Source: Pseudomonadota bacterium
GTDB taxonomy: Bacteria > Pseudomonadota > Alphaproteobacteria > Caulobacterales > Caulobacteraceae
Reading direction: 5' to 3'
Assembly (NCBI GenBank): GCA_023409795.1
Contig: JAEYQX010000087.1
Location: 284-64,283, forward strand
Length of the DNA: 64,000 nucleotides
Under the pieces are notes generated by a model, which was not told the DNA's origin, ran no database searches, and was given only the letters and a program-made list of their open reading frames with translations. Below are positions 60,522 to 64,000 of the stretch, in pieces. The first letter of the stretch is position 1. Each line of letters opens with the position of its first letter. The translations under genes were made by a program, and so were the position numbers.

Positions 60522-62960
60522 GTGCGAAACAATCGTATCTCCAGGTCTGCATGGCTGCATGGTGCAGCCACCATCGCAATCCTGGGCGGCCTGCCGTTGT
60601 CTCAGGCTGCGGCCCAGGAAGCCGGGACCCAGGCCCCTTCGATCAATGAAGAGAGCACCACGGTCGCGGACATTGTGGTGACCGCAACCCGTAACAATCG
60701 GCTTCTGAAGGACGTGCCCCTTGCGGTGGACGTCGCCTCGGGCGAACAGCTTGAACAGCTGAGCATTCTGGATGCCAAGGACGTCCAGCAGCTGGCTCCC
60801 GGCCTGCAGATGGCGAACAAGGATGGCCGCTCCAACACGGCAACCTTGCGCGGCATTGCCTACGACGCCGATTCCGGCACGGCCCCTTCGGTGGACGTCT
60901 ATTTCAACGAAAATCCCGTCGATCCGCAGTTGGCCTTTACGGCGCTCTATGACGTGGGACAGGTGGAAATCCTGCGCGGCCCGCAGGGCGTCCTGCGCGG
61001 CCGGACCTCGCCGGGTGGTGCCATCACCATTGCCTCGCGCAAGCCTGACCTCAGTGAACTGGAAGGCTATATCCAGGCCACGGCCACGGATCAGGATGCC
61101 AGGAACTTCCAGGGCGGGCTTTCAGTCCCCCTGGTGACCGATCGCCTTGGCGTGCGACTGGCGTTCCTCGATGATCGCAATCCGATCAACTATGTCCACA
61201 ACGTCAATCGGGACGAGGATTCCGAGGGTGAGACCCGCAGCTTCCGCGTATCGCTGCTGGCCCTTCCGACCGAGAACCTGACGTTCAATCTCGCCTATCA
61301 GCATCTGGATTCCGACGAGACCCAGCATCAGCAGGTCATCGGCACCGGTGCCATCCTCCCGCTCGGCCCGCTGCCGGAGATGGGCTTTGGCCCCAATGGC
61401 CCCGAAGCGGGCATCAGCGACCGTATCGGGGTGGCCGAAGGCCCGACCACCTTCAAGCGGGAATATGACCTGCTGACCTTCTCGGCGGACTGGAACCTTG
61501 GCTTTGGCAGCCTGTCGCTCAACGCCTCAAAGATGGACGCCATGCTGGACCAGCGTCTTGATTTCGACGCGGGCAATGCCGTCCTGAACTATGACGAAAC
61601 CCAGCTCCTCGAGATCCCCTACGACAACAAGTATGTCGAGCTGCGCTACTCGTCCCAGCTGGAGGGCCCATTCAACTTCCAGGTCGGTGCCAACTATGCG
61701 TCGACCCGCTCGGACCCGGTCATCGTACGCCAGAAGACCGACCAGCTGCTGAGCGGCATGCCTGCCTTCCTGATGGGCCTGCCGCCGGAGTACGGCGTGA
61801 TCTCGACCTTCCCGCTGTACAGCCTGAGCCCGGTCGACATCTTTATCGAGTCGCCGACCATCACGCACAGCCGCTCGATCTTCGCCAGCGGCACCTATGA
61901 CATCAATGCGCGCCTGCAGATCAATGGCGGCGTCCGCTACACCACCTACAGGTCATACCAGCAAAGCTTCCTGACGGTGGACGCGGGTGGCCAGATCGCC
62001 CTCGACAACTATCCGACCCTGCCCGAGGACAAGGCCCGTCGCGAAGTGGATGCGGTTACCGGCGGGGCCAGCATCGTCTATCAGCTCAGCGACCAGGTCA
62101 GCACCTATGCCAGCTATGGCCGGTCATTCCGGGCCGGCTCGGCGGCGGTCGGCAACACTGCCCCGCTCGATGACAACCTGGTCATCACCGACGACGAAAC
62201 CTCCGATGCCGTCGAAGTGGGTATCAAGGGCACGGCCTTTGACCGTCGCCTGAGCTTTACGGCCAACGCCTTCTACCAGACCTTCGACAACTACATTGCC
62301 CGCACGCCCGAGCTGATCCGCATGGCCAGCGGTCGCAACGGCATCATCGATAGCGTGCTGAAGGTGAACTACAACTCCGACGCCATCGTCAAAGGCGTCG
62401 AGGCAACCCTATGGGGCAAGCTGGCCTCCAACTGGGATGCTTCGCTGTCCGTCAGCTATACGGACGCCCAGTTCGACAATGGCACGCGTCCCTGCAACAC
62501 CCTGGACGCCAGCAACAACATTATCGTGCCGATCGGCCAGCAGGCTTCCTATTGCGATGCGACTGGCAAGATGGGTGATCAGTCGCCGTTCCAGCTGTCG
62601 GCCAACAGCGAATACCGCTTCGCCGATATCGGATCGGTCCAGCCGTTCGTCCGGGCGCTGCTCAGCCACAACGCCGGCTACGACTCGGACCTGATCGACT
62701 TCGAGTATGAGGCCTATACCTCGGTGAACCTCTATGCTGGCCTGCGTGGCAACAGCGGCTGGGAGCTGTCGGTATTCGCCAAGAACCTGTTTGACGAGGC
62801 CGTTGTCCGAGGTGCCGCTGATGGCAACTACTTCAAGGCGACCAGTGTCCTGAACCCGGACTTCTCGATGTCCCCTGGTCCGTCATACGATTCCGGTTAC
62901 CGCGCGGTGACCGTGAACCCCCCACGAGAAATTGGCGTCTCCCTGCGCGTCAAGTTCTAG
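60522..62960 (+). CDS. TonB-dependent outer membrane receptor
   Basis: Signal peptide, TonB box DIVVTA, plug VEILRGPQG..G....GGAI, C-terminal NLFD...PPREIGVSLRVKF. Confidence 0.93.
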   Translation: MRNNRISRSAWLHGAATIAILGGLPLSQAAAQEAGTQAPSINEESTTVADIVVTATRNNRLLKDVPLAVDVASGEQLEQLSILDAKDVQQLAPGLQMANKDGRSNTATLRGIAYDADSGTAPSVDVYFNENPVDPQLAFTALYDVGQVEILRGPQGVLRGRTSPGGAITIASRKPDLSELEGYIQATATDQDARNFQGGLSVPLVTDRLGVRLAFLDDRNPINYVHNVNRDEDSEGETRSFRVSLLALPTENLTFNLAYQHLDSDETQHQQVIGTGAILPLGPLPEMGFGPNGPEAGISDRIGVAEGPTTFKREYDLLTFSADWNLGFGSLSLNASKMDAMLDQRLDFDAGNAVLNYDETQLLEIPYDNKYVELRYSSQLEGPFNFQVGANYASTRSDPVIVRQKTDQLLSGMPAFLMGLPPEYGVISTFPLYSLSPVDIFIESPTITHSRSIFASGTYDINARLQINGGVRYTTYRSYQQSFLTVDAGGQIALDNYPTLPEDKARREVDAVTGGASIVYQLSDQVSTYASYGRSFRAGSAAVGNTAPLDDNLVITDDETSDAVEVGIKGTAFDRRLSFTANAFYQTFDNYIARTPELIRMASGRNGIIDSVLKVNYNSDAIVKGVEATLWGKLASNWDASLSVSYTDAQFDNGTRPCNTLDASNNIIVPIGQQASYCDATGKMGDQSPFQLSANSEYRFADIGSVQPFVRALLSHNAGYDSDLIDFEYEAYTSVNLYAGLRGNSGWELSVFAKNLFDEAVVRGAADGNYFKATSVLNPDFSMSPGPSYDSGYRAVTVNPPREIGVSLRVKF

Positions 62961-63053
62961 TCGTGGGAGCCGCTCAGTCGGCCTCTCTACCCTCGAAACT
63001 GCTCGGTGTGCCCTGCACGCCGAGCACTTTTTACCGGCTTACAGGATGTGCAC

Positions 63054-63455
63054 ATGACGGCTTCGACCGGGGTTTCGTTTAATTTCGCCAAGTTGGTGGT
63101 CGCTGATCTCGACCGTTGCGCCGCCTTCTATGGCAAGGTGTTCAAGCTCGATGAACTGGCCAGGGTCGAGGATGCCGTCAACGGCCGCCCGATCCATGAG
63201 GTCATGTACAAGCCGACCCAGGAAGGGGGAGCGACCTTCGTCCTTCTGGCCTTCAAGGATGCCCCCAAACCTGCACACGGCGAAGCCATCATCGGCTTTA
63301 CCGTCAAGGACCTGGACGCCACCCTGGCCGAAGCGGTGGCAAACGGGGGGCAGATCTCCGACCCCATCCGCGACATGCCCCACATGGGTATTCGCGTGGC
63401 CTTCGCCACGGACCCGGAAGGCCACCTGATCGAAATCGTGCAGATGGTCGCCTAG
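63054..63455 (+). CDS. VOC/glyoxalase-family protein
   Basis: LVVADL....AFY..VF, F.V.DLD, F..DPEGH.IEI. Confidence 0.85.
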   Translation: MTASTGVSFNFAKLVVADLDRCAAFYGKVFKLDELARVEDAVNGRPIHEVMYKPTQEGGATFVLLAFKDAPKPAHGEAIIGFTVKDLDATLAEAVANGGQISDPIRDMPHMGIRVAFATDPEGHLIEIVQMVA

Positions 63456-63472
63456 GACAGGGAGAGGCAATC

Positions 63473-64000
63473 ATGCCCGGAACCACCAGATTTGCAGGTC
63501 GCCGTATCGCCGTCACCGGAGCTGGCTCGGGCATCGGCCGCGCCACCACACTGCGCCTGGTGGCAGAGGGTGCGACGGTTCACGCGGCGGACCTTTCCTC
63601 CGAGGGTCTGGACGAAACCCTGCGGCTGGCGGGCCATTCCGTCGTGCCCCGGGTCCTGTCGGTTACCGATGAAGCCGCCGTCCAGACATGGTTCACGGAT
63701 ATCTCCGCTGCCGGCGACCTGCATGCCCTGATCAATCTGGCGGGTGTCCTTGAGGCCCGCCACAGCACCGAGACCACCCTGGATGCCTTCCGGAAGGTTC
63801 TTGAGATCAATCTGGTCGGTCTGTTCCTTTGCTGCCGCGAAGCTCTTCCCCTGCTGGAAAAGACAGGCGGAGCCATCGTCAATGCTGCCTCGACCGCCAG
63901 CCTGCATGGCCACCCCTATATGGCCGCCTATTCAGCCTCAAAAGGCGGGGTCGATGCGCTGACCCGCACCCTGGCCTGGGAGTATATCAAGCGTGGCGTC
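63473..64000 (+). CDS. Short-chain dehydrogenase/reductase (truncated by window end)
   Basis: Manual translation from ATG 63473: TGAGSGIG, NLAG, NAAS, YSASK. Confidence 0.85.
   Translation, partial: MPGTTRFAGRRIAVTGAGSGIGRATTLRLVAEGATVHAADLSSEGLDETLRLAGHSVVPRVLSVTDEAAVQTWFTDISAAGDLHALINLAGVLEARHSTETTLDAFRKVLEINLVGLFLCCREALPLLEKTGGAIVNAASTASLHGHPYMAAYSASKGGVDALTRTLAWEYIKRGV

Larger units (their letters stand above)
12917..64000. mobile_element. Putative genomic island carrying a steroid catabolism cluster (right end outside window)
   Basis: Begins at the guaA 3' end; about 50 contiguous catabolic genes; codon usage looks less GC3-extreme than the flank by eye; no integrase in the window. Confidence 0.6.

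Overview
High-GC alphaproteobacterial chromosome segment; gene content and order suggest Caulobacteraceae, possibly Brevundimonas-like (inferred, not verified). Bases 1-12916 are housekeeping genes: DEDDh exonuclease-BRCT, ligA, M28 lipoprotein peptidase, ICMT-family methyltransferase, cyclophilin, rlmE, a tandem DUF2061 protein, guaB, MAPEG protein, RsmB-family methylase, nucleosidase and guaA, plus a CGTC-type REP doublet. Directly after the 3' end of guaA, a known integration hotspot, a >51 kb accessory region begins and runs off the window. It encodes a nearly complete aerobic 9,10-seco steroid degradation pathway: 3alpha-HSD-like SDR, KSI, two KstD, a Delta4-KSTD, KshA, HsaABCDEFG, the C/D-ring (HIP) genes IpdABCF/EchA20/EchA13/FadA6/FadE30-33, and a TonB-dependent receptor. 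Less expected features: (i) no KshB, but a separate [2Fe-2S] ferredoxin and ferredoxin reductase; (ii) a tandem Lrp/AsnC pair and TACGCAA/TTGCGTA boxes with fixed spacing (31-33 bp period) at five promoters; (iii) two further repeated palindromic operators; (iv) an operon containing a YihU-like dehydrogenase with the sulfonate-type PVGR motif; (v) a hypothetical HxD...H oxygenase-like protein; (vi) a multi-hairpin intergenic region. All protein assignments come from motif recognition by eye; no searches were run. Several start codons were moved from the ORF track to better-supported starts.
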